A stretch of 64,000 bases of DNA from positions 1,248,001 through 1,312,000 of the forward strand of contig CAWGTN010000002.1 in the NCBI GenBank assembly GCA_963825525.1, given 5' to 3'. This document shows positions 48,415-58,821 of this stretch, piece after piece (the first letter of the stretch is position 1; each line of letters opens with the position of its first letter). The DNA is from an uncultured Chloroflexia bacterium (lineage in GTDB: Bacteria > Chloroflexota > Limnocylindria > QHBO01). The notes beneath the pieces were generated by a model. The model ran no database searches, was not told the origin of the DNA, and saw nothing but the letters and a program-made list of their open reading frames with translations. Made by a program: the position numbers and the translations under genes.

Positions 48415-49850
48415 ATGAGCACGAACAAGCTGCCGACGCAGGCAGAGGACTTTCCCGCCTGGTACGTCGAAGTCGTGAAGCGCGCCGAGCTGGCCGAGCA
48501 CGGCCCGCCAAGGGCTCGATGATCATCAAGCCCCACGGCTACGCCATCTGGGAGCTGACCCAGCGCGCGCTGGATGATCGCTTCAAGGCGACCGGCCACG
48601 AAAACCTCTACTTCCCGCTCCTCATCCCGATGAGCCTGCTCGACAAGGAGGCCGCCCACGTCGAGGGCTTCGCCCCGCAGGTGGCGGTGGTCACGCATGG
48701 CGGCGGTGAGAAGCTCGAGGAGCCGCTGGCCATCCGGCCCACCTCCGAGGCCATCATCTGGAGCACCTACAAGCGCTGGATCCAGAGCTACCGTGACCTG
48801 CCGCTGCTCTACAACCAGTGGGCCAACGTCGTGCGCTGGGAGATGCGGACGCGCCTCTTCCTGCGAACCAGCGAGTTCCTGTGGCAGGAGGGCCATACCG
48901 CGCACGCCAGCGCCGACGAGGCCGTGGCCGAGACGCTCCAGATGCTCGAGGTCTACCGCCAGGTGGCCGAGGACGTGCTCGGCATCCCGGTCCACATGGG
49001 CCGCAAGTCACCCGGCGAGCGATTCCCCGGCGCCGTGGAGACCTACTGCATCGAGGGCCTGATGCGCGACGCCAAGGCGCTCCAGTGCGGGACCAGCCAC
49101 TTCCTCGGCCAGAACTTCGCGAAGGCCTACGACGTGACCTTCCTCAACGCCGATGGGGTGCAGGAGCATGCCTGGGCGACGTCCTGGGGCTTCAGCACCC
49201 GGATGGTCGGCGGCACGATCATGGCCCACGGCGACGACGCCGGGCTGCGACTGCCTCCCGCCGTGGCGCCGATCCAGGTCGCCATCGTGCCGATCGCGCG
49301 GACCGACGAGGAGCGCGCCGAGGTCCTCGAGGTCGCGGGCAAACTGCGGACGGACCTCGCAGCGCAAGGGATCAGGGTGCGGCTTGACGACCGCGACCAG
49401 CATCGGCCCGGCTACAAGTTCGCCGAGTGGGAGCTCAAGGGCGTGCCGGTGCGCATCGAGCTCGGACCGCGTGACGTGGCGGCCGGCCGCGTCGTGATGG
49501 CCAGTCGTCTCGGCGGCGAGAAGGAGGAGGTGGCCCTCGCCGACGTGGCGAGCGGCATGGCCGCGCGCCTGGCATCGGTCCAGAAGGCCCTCTACGACGA
49601 TGCCCTCGCCTATCGCGAGGCGAACACCCACCAGATCTCGTCGTTCGACGCCTTTGCCAGTGGGGTCGAGGAGCAGGGAGGATTCTGGGTCGGCGCGTGG
49701 TGCGGCGATGGTGCCTGCGAGGCCGAGATTGCCACGAAGACCAAGGCGACCATCCGGTTCCTGCCCATCGAGCCCACCGACCCCGGAGCCCCATGCGTGC
49801 ACTGCGGGAAACCGGGCGTCGACATCGCGCACTGGGCCCGGGCGTACTGA
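48415..49850 (+). CDS. proS: proline--tRNA ligase, archaeal/eukaryote-like type (apparent 1-nt deletion near 48505)
   Basis: DFPAWY..AELAEHGP in one frame, then RPTSE, FLRTSEFLWQEGHT, SWGFSTR, GVPVRIE, C-terminal ARAY. Confidence 0.95.
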
Positions 49851-50813
49851 GTGGCCGGCCCGCACATCGTCTCGATCGACGAGATTCGTGAGGCGGCCGG
49901 GCGCATCCGCGGAGTGGCCACCCGCACGCCGCTCCTGCAGTGGGACGACACGACCTGGCTCAAGCCCGAGTCGCTCCAGCCGATCGGCGCATTCAAGATG
50001 CGCGGCGCGTACAACAAGATCGCCTCACTGAGCCGTGACGAGCGGGCGCGCGGCGTCGTGACCTACTCATCGGGCAATCACGCCCAGGCGGTCGCGCGAG
50101 CTGCACGGCTGCTCGGCGCGAAGGCTGTCATCTGCATGCCCGAGAACGCGCCAGGGGTGAAGGTCGACGGTGTGCTGCGCGACGGCGCTGAGATCGTCAC
50201 CACCGGGAACGACTCGGAGGAGCGTCACCGGCGCGCGCTTCAGCTCGTGGAGGAGCGCGGGATGGTGATGGTCGAACCGTACGACGACCCGGCCATCATC
50301 GCCGGCCAGGGGACATGCGGACTCGAGATCGTCGAGGACCTGCCCGGCGTGACGAGCGTGGTGGTCCCCGTTTCCGGCGGTGGACTGGCGGCCGGTGTCT
50401 CCACCGCGATCAAGGCCCTCGCACCCGACGCACGCATGATCGGGGTCGAGCCGGAGCTCGCGGCCGATGCCCAGCAGTCCCTGCGGCGCGGGGAGCTCGT
50501 GACCTGGACCGCCGACCAGACCGGACGGACCATGGCCGACGGTCTGCGAACGAACTCGCTCGGCCCGCTGCCGTTCGAGCACCTCCGTCGATTCATGGAC
50601 GAGATCGTGACCGTGAGCGAGGACGAGATCGCCGACGCGATGCGAATGCTCGCGAAGCGTGCCCGCCTTGTCGTCGAGCCGTCAGGAGCCGCCTCGATGG
50701 CCGCGCACCTGTCCGGCCACGTGCCGAGTGGCGATGCCGACACCGCCCGCGTGGTCGTGATCTCGGGCGGCAACGTGGACCCCGACCTCTACCTCCGCAT
50801 CCTGGCCGGCTGA
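49851..50813 (+). CDS. PLP-dependent threonine/serine dehydratase (no regulatory domain)
   Basis: AFKMRGA, SSGNHAQ, GQGT, SGGGL, EPSGA, SGGN. Confidence 0.92.
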   Translation: MAGPHIVSIDEIREAAGRIRGVATRTPLLQWDDTTWLKPESLQPIGAFKMRGAYNKIASLSRDERARGVVTYSSGNHAQAVARAARLLGAKAVICMPENAPGVKVDGVLRDGAEIVTTGNDSEERHRRALQLVEERGMVMVEPYDDPAIIAGQGTCGLEIVEDLPGVTSVVVPVSGGGLAAGVSTAIKALAPDARMIGVEPELAADAQQSLRRGELVTWTADQTGRTMADGLRTNSLGPLPFEHLRRFMDEIVTVSEDEIADAMRMLAKRARLVVEPSGAASMAAHLSGHVPSGDADTARVVVISGGNVDPDLYLRILAG

Positions 50814-50829
50814 ATCAGCCCGCCAGGAT
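50799..50829. terminator. inverted repeat formed by the last codons of two convergent genes
   Basis: ATCCTGGCCGGCTGA-a-TCAGCCCGCCAGGAT, 14 of 15 positions match. Confidence 0.5.
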
Positions 50830-52134
50830 CTCGAGCGCGCGATCCAGCTGCGGGTCGGCCTCGCCGGAGGGATCGGCCGCTGCAGGCACGACCACATCGG
50901 GCGTGATCCCATCGGGCGCCGCGGACTTGTGGTCGGGGGTGAACCATCGGTCGGTGGTGATGCGCAGACCGCCGCCGTTGGGGAGGTCGTTCCAGATCTG
51001 CACCGTGTTCTTGCCGAACGTGCGCTCCCCCAGGATCGTCGCCCGACCCGTATCCTGCAATGCGCCGGCCACGATCTCGGATGCGGAGGCGGATCCACGG
51101 TCAACGAGGACCACCACCGGAATTGCATCGGTCTGGGCCAGGCCTCCCGCATCGGACTGCCAGCGCTGCACGTTGCCATCCGACTCGACGGTGAAGAGCA
51201 GCTCGCCGGCCGGCACGAACTGGCTCGCAATGCCCTGCGCGGTGGTGATGAACCCGCCGGGGTTGCCCCGCAGGTCGAAGACGATCGAGGTGGCTCCCTG
51301 CTCGAGCAGCAGCCCGAGCTCCTCGCGAAACATCCCGGTGGCACGATCGGTGAATGTGGTCAACCGGATGTAGCCGATCCCACCGTCGAGCAGCTCGGAC
51401 TCCACCTCCCGCAGATCGATGACGGCCCGGGTGATCGTGATGTCCATCTCGGTGCCGCCGCGCTCGACTGTCAACGTGACGTCGGTCCCCGCCTCGCCTC
51501 GCACGGTGAAGACGAGCGAGCTGACGGATCCACCGACCGTCGAGACTCCGTCGATCTCGCGGATGCGGTCGCCGGCCCGCAGACCTGCTTCCTCGGCGGG
51601 CGAGCCGGCCAGGGGGGCCACGACCACCATCGCGCACGTCTCGCTCACTACGGTGCACGCGGCCAGGTCATCCGGGGTTACAAGATTCTCCATCCCAACC
51701 TCGGCGCCTATTCCGCTGAACTCGCCGGACAGGTCGTCGAGCGCGGAACCGTATTGGTCGGGTGGGAGATAGCCGGAGTACGGGTCCTTGAGTCCGAACT
51801 CGACCATCCCTCGAACCGCACCGTCCACGAGGTCCTCGTCGCTGATCTCGTCGACGTACTCGCCCTTGATCTGGGCGTAGGTCTCGCAGAGGACCGCGAA
51901 TGCCTCGGAGGGCTCGGCGCATGACACGGTCTCGAGGATCGGAGTCGGCGATGGGATCCCCTCGCCCGATGGAACGGCACCCGAGGCCGAGGGGTCGCCC
52001 GCGCCGATCCCGGGCCCGTTGCCACCGACCGCCAGGCCGGCCACGAAGGTCAGGGCTCCGAAGAGAAGCAGCACGGCGACGAGTGCCGCTGCGGATGCCG
52101 CCGGAGATCGGCGCGCGGGTTCGCGTGTGGTCAT
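50815..52134 (-). CDS. S41 family carboxyl-terminal processing protease (PDZ domain)
   Basis: N-terminal TM; DPYS, GIGA, DLRGNPGG, SASASEI, TFGK, GITPD. Confidence 0.93.
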   Translation of the reverse strand: MTTREPARRSPAASAAALVAVLLLFGALTFVAGLAVGGNGPGIGAGDPSASGAVPSGEGIPSPTPILETVSCAEPSEAFAVLCETYAQIKGEYVDEISDEDLVDGAVRGMVEFGLKDPYSGYLPPDQYGSALDDLSGEFSGIGAEVGMENLVTPDDLAACTVVSETCAMVVVAPLAGSPAEEAGLRAGDRIREIDGVSTVGGSVSSLVFTVRGEAGTDVTLTVERGGTEMDITITRAVIDLREVESELLDGGIGYIRLTTFTDRATGMFREELGLLLEQGATSIVFDLRGNPGGFITTAQGIASQFVPAGELLFTVESDGNVQRWQSDAGGLAQTDAIPVVVLVDRGSASASEIVAGALQDTGRATILGERTFGKNTVQIWNDLPNGGGLRITTDRWFTPDHKSAAPDGITPDVVVPAAADPSGEADPQLDRALEILAG

Positions 52135-52206
52135 CGGCTGGGTGTCCTGTGGTACGTGAGCACGGAGGCGCATTCTCCCGCTAAACGGCTGGGCGTGCTC
52201 AGCGCA

Positions 52207-53022
52207 TCACCTGCGGAGGGCGCGCAACCCCAGGAAGATCGGGATCTCGGCATTCCCGCGGGCGTCGCCGCGCGTCCCCTTGCCGGGCCGGCGGTCGGGC
52301 GGCAGGTCCGGGATCTCGAGCATCGCGTCCACGACGAACCCCGCCTCGGCCAGGGCGTTGACGTACGAGCTGATCGGCCGATGGAAGGAGCGCGTCGGAA
52401 GGCCGCCGCCAAGCGACTTCATGGGTACGGCCATCTCGGTCAGGTATCCATCGATGCGCCGATACGTCAGCTTGCGCCCCTCGTCGAAGCCCCAGCCGGA
52501 GTGGCGCGGCTGCCGGAAGGCCGGATGGGTCATGAGCAGGATCACGCGTCCCTCCGGCGTCAGCGCCCAGTCGAGCCCGCGCGCGACCTCGCCAAGCGCG
52601 TCCATGTCCTGGATCGAGAGCATGAACGTGGCGGCATCGTGAGCCCCCGCCTCGAGACCGGCTACGGCCGGCAGGTGGCGTGCGTCACCGACCAGGAAGC
52701 GCGCGCCGCGAAGTCGTGCGTGGCGCCGCTTCGCCGATGCGATGAGCCGCGCCGATGCGTCCACCACCACCACGCCACAACCCGCCTCGACGAGGTAGGG
52801 AGCCAGGACTCCCTGGCCGCCCCCGACATCGAGAATGGACTCGCCGTCCCTCGGCTGCAGAAGGTCCAGCACGGTTGGGATCGCCAGCTCGCGATGGTAG
52901 ACGGAGCCATGGTCACCCACCCAACCGTCGTACCAGGTGGCGACGCGTTCCCAGCTCGTCTCACGCGGAGCGGACGGCGAAGGGGTCTGTCGGCGCTGGC
53001 GTGGCGCTTGGCGGGGACTCAT
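52207..53022 (-). CDS. class I SAM-dependent methyltransferase
   Basis: ILDVGGGQG, GDA, THPAF, FHRPISSY. Confidence 0.88.
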   Translation of the reverse strand: MSPRQAPRQRRQTPSPSAPRETSWERVATWYDGWVGDHGSVYHRELAIPTVLDLLQPRDGESILDVGGGQGVLAPYLVEAGCGVVVVDASARLIASAKRRHARLRGARFLVGDARHLPAVAGLEAGAHDAATFMLSIQDMDALGEVARGLDWALTPEGRVILLMTHPAFRQPRHSGWGFDEGRKLTYRRIDGYLTEMAVPMKSLGGGLPTRSFHRPISSYVNALAEAGFVVDAMLEIPDLPPDRRPGKGTRGDARGNAEIPIFLGLRALRR

Positions 53023-53053
53023 GCGCCGAGTATGGCGCCAGCCCCCGACCGAT

Positions 53054-54295
53054 TCACGCGGTCGGCAGCCGCTTGTGAAGGACGACCTGCTGGTCCTGCG
53101 TCACGCCGGTCGCAAACCCGGCCTCGCTCAGTGCCAGGTAGTACTCCCACGTCCGGATGAACCGGTCGTCGAAGCCCATGGCGCGGACGGCCGCCTCCTG
53201 AGCCATGAAGCGGGTGCGCCATTCGCTCAGCGTACGAACGTAATGCTGCGCGATGTCGGTGACCCGCTCGACCACGAGGCCGGTGCGGTGAAGGGTCCGC
53301 TCGATGACGGCCAGTGAGGGCAGCAGCCCGCCGGGGAAGATGTATGTCTGGATCCAGTTCGCCCCACCGGCCTGACGCTCCCAGCCGACATCCGGGACGG
53401 TGATCGTCTGCAGGCTCATCCGGCCGCCCTCCACCAGGGCGGCGTCACAGGCGCGGAAGAACGTCTCGAGGTACTCGGCCCCGACCGCCTCGAGCATCTC
53501 GATCGAGACCACGGCGTCGTAGCTGCCACTGATATCGCGGTAATCGCGCAGCTGGATGTCGACGAGGTGCTCCAGACCGGCGGCGGTGACGCGCTCGCGA
53601 GCGAGCTCCAGCTGACGCTGCGAGATCGTGATCGAGGTGACGCGGCAACCGAGCTCGCCGGCGGCGAAGATGGCGAACCCGCCCCAGCCAGACCCGATCT
53701 CCAGGACGTGCATCCCCTCGCGAATCGCCGCCCCCTCCGCGATGCGCCGGTACTTCGCGCGCTGCGCGTCGGCCAGGGACTGGTCCGGCGACTCGAACAC
53801 GGCGCTCGAGTAGGTCATCGTCTCGTCGAGCCACAGACGGTAGAAGTCGTTGCCCAGGTCGTAGTGCGCCGAGATGTTCTTCCGGCTTTGCTGCTCGGTA
53901 TTGCGGCGCAACCGATGCTCGATGACGCGGCGCAGCTGCATCGGCAGGCGGTACCAACCCGACGTCAGTGACAGTGCCCGGCGGTTCAGTGCGGCCAGCC
54001 GCAGGACCGACGCGATGTCGGGACTCGTCCACAGGCCGTCGACGTAGGCCTCGCCCGCGCCCGTCTCACCGCCGACCAGCATCCGGACGAACGCCTCGCG
54101 GTCGTGGATCCGGACCTCGGCCTGGAGATCGGAGGAGCGATCGCCGAACACGCGACGTGTGCCGTTCGGCATGACCGCGACCAGGCAGCCGGTGCGGATG
54201 CGTGACGCCCCGGCCAGGATGATGCGGGTTGCGGCCTGACCGAGCATTGATCCCGCTGCATCGCGCAGGCGCAGAGCCGGAAGTACGGCGGTCAT
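53054..54295 (-). CDS. cyclopropane-fatty-acyl-phospholipid synthase family methyltransferase
   Basis: NISAHYDLGNDFY, MTYSSA, LEIGSGWGG, SIEMLEAVG, YIFPGG. Confidence 0.93.
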   Translation of the reverse strand: MTAVLPALRLRDAAGSMLGQAATRIILAGASRIRTGCLVAVMPNGTRRVFGDRSSDLQAEVRIHDREAFVRMLVGGETGAGEAYVDGLWTSPDIASVLRLAALNRRALSLTSGWYRLPMQLRRVIEHRLRRNTEQQSRKNISAHYDLGNDFYRLWLDETMTYSSAVFESPDQSLADAQRAKYRRIAEGAAIREGMHVLEIGSGWGGFAIFAAGELGCRVTSITISQRQLELARERVTAAGLEHLVDIQLRDYRDISGSYDAVVSIEMLEAVGAEYLETFFRACDAALVEGGRMSLQTITVPDVGWERQAGGANWIQTYIFPGGLLPSLAVIERTLHRTGLVVERVTDIAQHYVRTLSEWRTRFMAQEAAVRAMGFDDRFIRTWEYYLALSEAGFATGVTQDQQVVLHKRLPTA

Positions 54296-55032
54296 GAGGC
54301 AGCCTCTCGGTGCTTGTGGAACCGCGCCCCCAACCGCCACAGCCTCAGCGCGTGCACGTGGATCATGCCGATGGTCTTCTGCGTCATGAACGGGTACCGC
54401 ACCAGCATGCGCGCGACCGTCCTCGATTTCAACGGACGGCGACGAAGATCAAGGCTGGCGTGCAGCTGAAGCTCGTCGTCCTGCTCCAGGTTGATCGTCA
54501 AACGCAGCCGGTTGGATTCGTCCCGCACGCGCACCGTGTAGCTGCCGTGCAATGCGATGAACGGCGACACGTAGAACGCCTTGTCCATCGATGCCATGAA
54601 TGTCTCGCCGTCGTCGGCCGCTTCCAGCGTGTACAGGTGTCGTTCCAGGTGGGTGTTATGCACCTCAACGATCACGACCCGCAGCACGCCGCCCGCATCC
54701 CGACACAGGTAGAAGCTCGCGGGGTTGAACACGTAGCCGAAGACGCGGAGGCTGGTCACGAGGGTGATGCGCCACCCCTCCGGGTCGAAGTCCGCTGCGC
54801 GCAGATGAGCCCGCACCCGCGCGCGAAGATCGTCGGCCGGCGGGTCGAGATGATCGTCGTCGCGGAAGCTCAGGATGTTGCGCCGGTTCCGCGATACGAG
54901 AGGTGTGGATCGCGCCACCTCGTCGAGCTCGTCGAGATCGAGCGCGAAGTAGTAGACCTCGTGCTCCATGTCATACACGAACGGGCGAGCACGCCGATGC
55001 CGCACGACGCCTTCGAGAAGATGCGATCTCAC
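54292..55032 (-). CDS. DUF1365 family protein
   Basis: [41 protein letters not shown]. Confidence 0.9.
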   Translation of the reverse strand: MRSHLLEGVVRHRRARPFVYDMEHEVYYFALDLDELDEVARSTPLVSRNRRNILSFRDDDHLDPPADDLRARVRAHLRAADFDPEGWRITLVTSLRVFGYVFNPASFYLCRDAGGVLRVVIVEVHNTHLERHLYTLEAADDGETFMASMDKAFYVSPFIALHGSYTVRVRDESNRLRLTINLEQDDELQLHASLDLRRRPLKSRTVARMLVRYPFMTQKTIGMIHVHALRLWRLGARFHKHREAAS

Positions 55033-56300
55033 GCCGCCATCTCCAACGAGCTCGCGCCGATCAGCTCCGCGGCCGCGAATCCCGCGCGACACCCGTCCTC
55101 GTGAAAGCCGTAGCCGAGATGCGCGCCGGCGTACCACGTCGAGCGCGACCCCTGCAGCTCACCGATCGCGACCTGCGCCTCGAGCGTGCGGAACGTATAG
55201 AGCGGATGGCTCATCGGCCGCTCGGCGATGATCGTGTCGGGTCGGAGATCGGGCCCGGGGTTGACGGTGACGCAGTACTGCGTCGGACCGGGAATCGATT
55301 GCAGTCGATTCATGTGATAGGTCATGGTCAGCGCTTCGCCCGGCATCCGACAATCCGCCTCGACGACGTTCCATGACGCGCGAGCGGCGTGCTTGCTCGG
55401 CAGCACGCGCGCGTCCGTGTGGAGCACCACCCGGTTTTCGGTGTATTCGAAGCCACCCAGGGCAGCGCGCTCGGCCGCGTCCGCATCGCGCATCAGCCGA
55501 AGCGCGTCGTCGGCATGGGTGGCCATCACGACACCATCGAAGTGCTCGGTGTGGCCGCTCTCGGTGGAGACTGTCACGCCAGCGAGGTTGCGCCTGACGT
55601 CAACGACGCCATCACCCTGGGACACGGTGCCGGCCGGCAGCCGCTCGAGGATGCGCTCGACATACGAGCGCGATCCGCCCGCGACGGTCCTCCAGGGGTG
55701 GGCATTTCCGTAGCCGATGAGGCCGTGGTGATCCAGGAACCGGAGCAGGTAGTCGACCGGAAAGTCGAGGATCTGGTTGGCGGCAGTTGACCACACCGCG
55801 GAGGTCAGCGGGACGAGAAAGTGGCTTCGGAACTCGAGGCCGTAGCCCCTCTCGTCGAGGAACGATCCGAGCGTCTGGTGGATCACACCTTCGTCCAGCA
55901 CCCCCCGCGCATCGCGGTAGAAGCGAAGGATGTCGTTGAGCATCGTCCAGTGGCGGCGCCGGCCGAGGGACTCGGGCTGGGCAAAGTAGCCGCGCAGGCC
56001 TCGTGTGCTGTACTCGAGATTGCACGAGCGGCATGACCCGCTGAGAGACATGTCGCTCGGCTGGGTCGCAACGTCCAGCTCGGCGAGGAGATTCACGAAG
56101 GTGGGGTAGGTGCGCTCGTTGTAGACGATGAACCCGGTGTCGATCGCAACCGGCCCCCGCGGCGTCTCAACCTCCACCGTCTTGACGTGCCCTCCGACCG
56201 CGGGCTCGCGCTCGAAGAGCCTCACATCGTGACCGTCGCGTGACAACGCGTAGGTCGCGGTCAGGCCGCTCACACCCGAGCCGATGACGGCAACTCTCAC
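55029..56300 (-). CDS. FAD-dependent oxidoreductase (COG2907-type, amine-oxidase-like)
   Basis: [41 protein letters not shown]. Confidence 0.92.
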   Translation of the reverse strand: MRVAVIGSGVSGLTATYALSRDGHDVRLFEREPAVGGHVKTVEVETPRGPVAIDTGFIVYNERTYPTFVNLLAELDVATQPSDMSLSGSCRSCNLEYSTRGLRGYFAQPESLGRRRHWTMLNDILRFYRDARGVLDEGVIHQTLGSFLDERGYGLEFRSHFLVPLTSAVWSTAANQILDFPVDYLLRFLDHHGLIGYGNAHPWRTVAGGSRSYVERILERLPAGTVSQGDGVVDVRRNLAGVTVSTESGHTEHFDGVVMATHADDALRLMRDADAAERAALGGFEYTENRVVLHTDARVLPSKHAARASWNVVEADCRMPGEALTMTYHMNRLQSIPGPTQYCVTVNPGPDLRPDTIIAERPMSHPLYTFRTLEAQVAIGELQGSRSTWYAGAHLGYGFHEDGCRAGFAAAELIGASSLEMAA

Positions 56301-56761
56301 GAGACCCTCGGGCCCGATGCCACTCGGCTGTCGAGCGTCTTCTCCATCCCGCCGGCCGCATCTCGACCGATCCGCGCGAAGATGCTGCCCATGAACGGCT
56401 GTGCCAGCCGCAGGAGCCCGCCCATTCGAATGTCGGCGATGTACTCGATGCGCGTGCGCCCACCGCTCTCGCCGAACCGGATGTCGTCAATGGCGGATAC
56501 GCCCGATCCCTTGCCCGCCAGAACAACTCGATGGGGCGCCTCGAGCGTCGTGATCTCGTACTCCATCGGCGCCGTGCGCCCGCCCATGCGGACCTGGAGC
56601 TCGTACCGGGTGCCGACCCGAATCGGCTCGTCGGCATTGCCCAGGCGCCGCGCCGATTCGACGCCGGGGTCCCACTCCGCCGAGCTCACGAAATCGGCGA
56701 CGTAGTCGAACGCTTCGATGAGCGGGAGATCGGTGGTGATCTGCTCGCGGATGGTCGTCAT
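56297..56761 (-). CDS. SRPBCC (START-like) family protein
   Basis: AFDYVADF...EWDPG, VGTRY. Confidence 0.85.
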   Translation of the reverse strand: MTTIREQITTDLPLIEAFDYVADFVSSAEWDPGVESARRLGNADEPIRVGTRYELQVRMGGRTAPMEYEITTLEAPHRVVLAGKGSGVSAIDDIRFGESGGRTRIEYIADIRMGGLLRLAQPFMGSIFARIGRDAAGGMEKTLDSRVASGPRVS

Positions 56762-56796
56762 TGGTGGCTCCGATCGATGTGGGTCATCATTGCGAG

Positions 56797-57786
56797 GTGC
56801 TGAACAACGTCGTGGACACGTTCCTGGAGTTATCCGTCGTCGGCAGCTTCACGCGTATTGGATACGTGATCCGGCGGCGGCTGCATGACTGGTCGGACCC
56901 CCCGTCGGCTGCCCTCTCGGGCCAGACCGTGCTTGTTACTGGGCCGACCTCCGGACTGGGGCGAGAGGCAACGAATCAGCTCGCGGCCCTTGGCGCCCGC
57001 GTGATCCTCGTAGGACGCAGTCCCGACAAGCTGTCCGCTCTTGCTGCGGAACTGACTCAACTGCACAAAGAGGACCGGTTTCCGACGGTTGAGGCCGATC
57101 TCGGTTCGCTCGAGTCGATCCGGGCGGCGGTCGAGCGGGTCCTCGCGACCGAAGAGCGGCTCGATGCGTTGATTGACAACGCCGGCGCAATCTTCCCGGA
57201 GCGTCACGAAGGACCCGATGGGATCGAAGCCAGCCTTGCGCTGCTCGTGGTCGGTCCGTTCGCGCTGACGGCCGGCCTGCTGCCCCTTCTCGAACGGACT
57301 CCCGACGCGCGCGTCATCGCCGTGACCTCCGGCGGCATGTACACCCAGCCGCTCGATCTCGACGATCTGCAGCTCGAGGACACGGAGTACTCAGGCGCGA
57401 GCGCCTATGCGCGGTCGAAGCGCGCCCAGGTGGCGCTCATCCGCGAGTGGTCGCGACGCATCGGCGGGCGGGGCGTTCGCTTCAACGCGATGCACCCCGG
57501 CTGGGCCGACACACCCGGTCTGTCCGAGATGCTCCCGGGGTTCTATCGACTCATGGGACCCGTTCTGCGCAGCCCGGCCGAGGGAATCGACACGCTCGTG
57601 TGGCTCGTGGCCGATCCGAGCGTCGGATCGCCGGGAGGAAGGCTCTTCCTCGATCGAAGGCCACGACCATTCGACCGATTGCCCTCGACCAGGCTCAGCG
57701 CGGCCGATCGGCGGCGGCTCTGGGACGAGATCGTTCGCCTCGCGAACGTCGAGGATCCGCTGCCCGAGGGTCCGATCCGAACCTGA
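56797..57786 (+). CDS. short-chain dehydrogenase/reductase (DHRS12-like)
   Basis: TGPTSGLG, NAG, SGGMY, YARSK, MHPGWADTPG. Confidence 0.9.
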   Translation: MLNNVVDTFLELSVVGSFTRIGYVIRRRLHDWSDPPSAALSGQTVLVTGPTSGLGREATNQLAALGARVILVGRSPDKLSALAAELTQLHKEDRFPTVEADLGSLESIRAAVERVLATEERLDALIDNAGAIFPERHEGPDGIEASLALLVVGPFALTAGLLPLLERTPDARVIAVTSGGMYTQPLDLDDLQLEDTEYSGASAYARSKRAQVALIREWSRRIGGRGVRFNAMHPGWADTPGLSEMLPGFYRLMGPVLRSPAEGIDTLVWLVADPSVGSPGGRLFLDRRPRPFDRLPSTRLSAADRRRLWDEIVRLANVEDPLPEGPIRT

Positions 57787-57787
57787 A

Positions 57788-58690
57788 TCAGTGCTCCGCC
57801 GCCGGCAGCTCGGCGCCGAAGTGCGCCGCGCAGAACGCGGCGAGCGCCTCGACCCAGGGCGCAATGGTCGGCGAGGCATAGCTGGTGGGATTCCAGGCAG
57901 CGAAGAGTGGAATTCGCAGCGCGTCACCGTTCGCGTCCAGGATGCTCATCGGGTGAAGGCCGTAGCGAGGGTCGTCCGACACCACTGCCACACCGTGCCC
58001 GGAGGCGGCCATGGCCTGGGCGATCTGGGGCGAGTCCGTCTGGTGCGCACGTTGGTACGCGATGCCTGCGGCGGCGGCCGCCGCGTCGAATACCCGTCGC
58101 GTCCCGTGCTCCGGGCCGAGCATGACGAGCGGCTCGGACCCCAGCTCGTGGATCGGCAGACGACGCCGCCGCGCCCAGCGATGGCTCCGGGGCACATAGG
58201 CCCACACCGCAAAGCGAACCAGGGGGCGGACCTCCATCCCACCCGGCGGCGGCCCCGAACTCACCGCGAGGTCCGCCTGGCCGGACACCAGCGCGTCGAA
58301 CACGGCACTCGGCAGCTCCTCGCGAATGGTGAGGCCAGGTGCATCCGGGCCGCTCGTGGCGAGGAATGGCGCGATCACGTCCGCGACGGTCGTCGCGGGC
58401 GCCACGACACTGAACGGCGTCGGCTGTCCGGCGGCAAACGCCTCCATGGCACCTTCTGCCGCCAACGCGCGAGCGACGAGGTCACGAGCCATCGGCATGA
58501 ACCGCTCCCCGGCGGGCGTGAGGCGCATGCCGGACGGGCCGCGGTCGAACAGCCGGCACCCGAGCTCCTGCTCCAACGCACGAAGCTGCCGCGACAGGGA
58601 TGGCTGCGCAACGCGGACGAACGCCGCGGCGCGCGTCACCGACCGCTGGTCCGCGACAGCCAGAAAGTAGCGGGCGTGACGAAGCTCCAT
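57788..58690 (-). CDS. LysR-family transcriptional regulator
   Basis: MELRHARYFLAVA..SVTRAA..VAQPSLSRQLRALEQELG..LTPAG. Confidence 0.95.
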   Translation of the reverse strand: MELRHARYFLAVADQRSVTRAAAFVRVAQPSLSRQLRALEQELGCRLFDRGPSGMRLTPAGERFMPMARDLVARALAAEGAMEAFAAGQPTPFSVVAPATTVADVIAPFLATSGPDAPGLTIREELPSAVFDALVSGQADLAVSSGPPPGGMEVRPLVRFAVWAYVPRSHRWARRRRLPIHELGSEPLVMLGPEHGTRRVFDAAAAAAGIAYQRAHQTDSPQIAQAMAASGHGVAVVSDDPRYGLHPMSILDANGDALRIPLFAAWNPTSYASPTIAPWVEALAAFCAAHFGAELPAAEH

Positions 58691-58710
58691 GGTGCGTTGG
58701 CCTCCACCGT

Positions 58711-58727
58711 CATGCCTGTGAAGCATG
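58711..58727. promoter_or_regulatory. LysR-type recognition site (T-N11-A dyad)
   Basis: CATGC-N7-GCATG between the LysR gene and the divergent ABC operon. Confidence 0.6.
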
Positions 58728-58821
58728 GATCAGTAGCGATACAGGTATTGGACAAGAATGCCTCATCGCGCGGAAACTGCGCGCCAACGTCGGCCACGTC
58801 ATGGAGGAGGTCCGAGAACCG

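Noticed and set aside
48415-48520. proS as a pseudogene or programmed frameshift
   Set aside because: Essential gene, no slippery heptamer at the site, and many similar indels elsewhere point to sequence error.
56759-56763. Head-to-head start overlap of the SRPBCC and SDR genes
   Set aside because: The SDR more plausibly starts at GTG 56797, leaving a normal short divergent gap.
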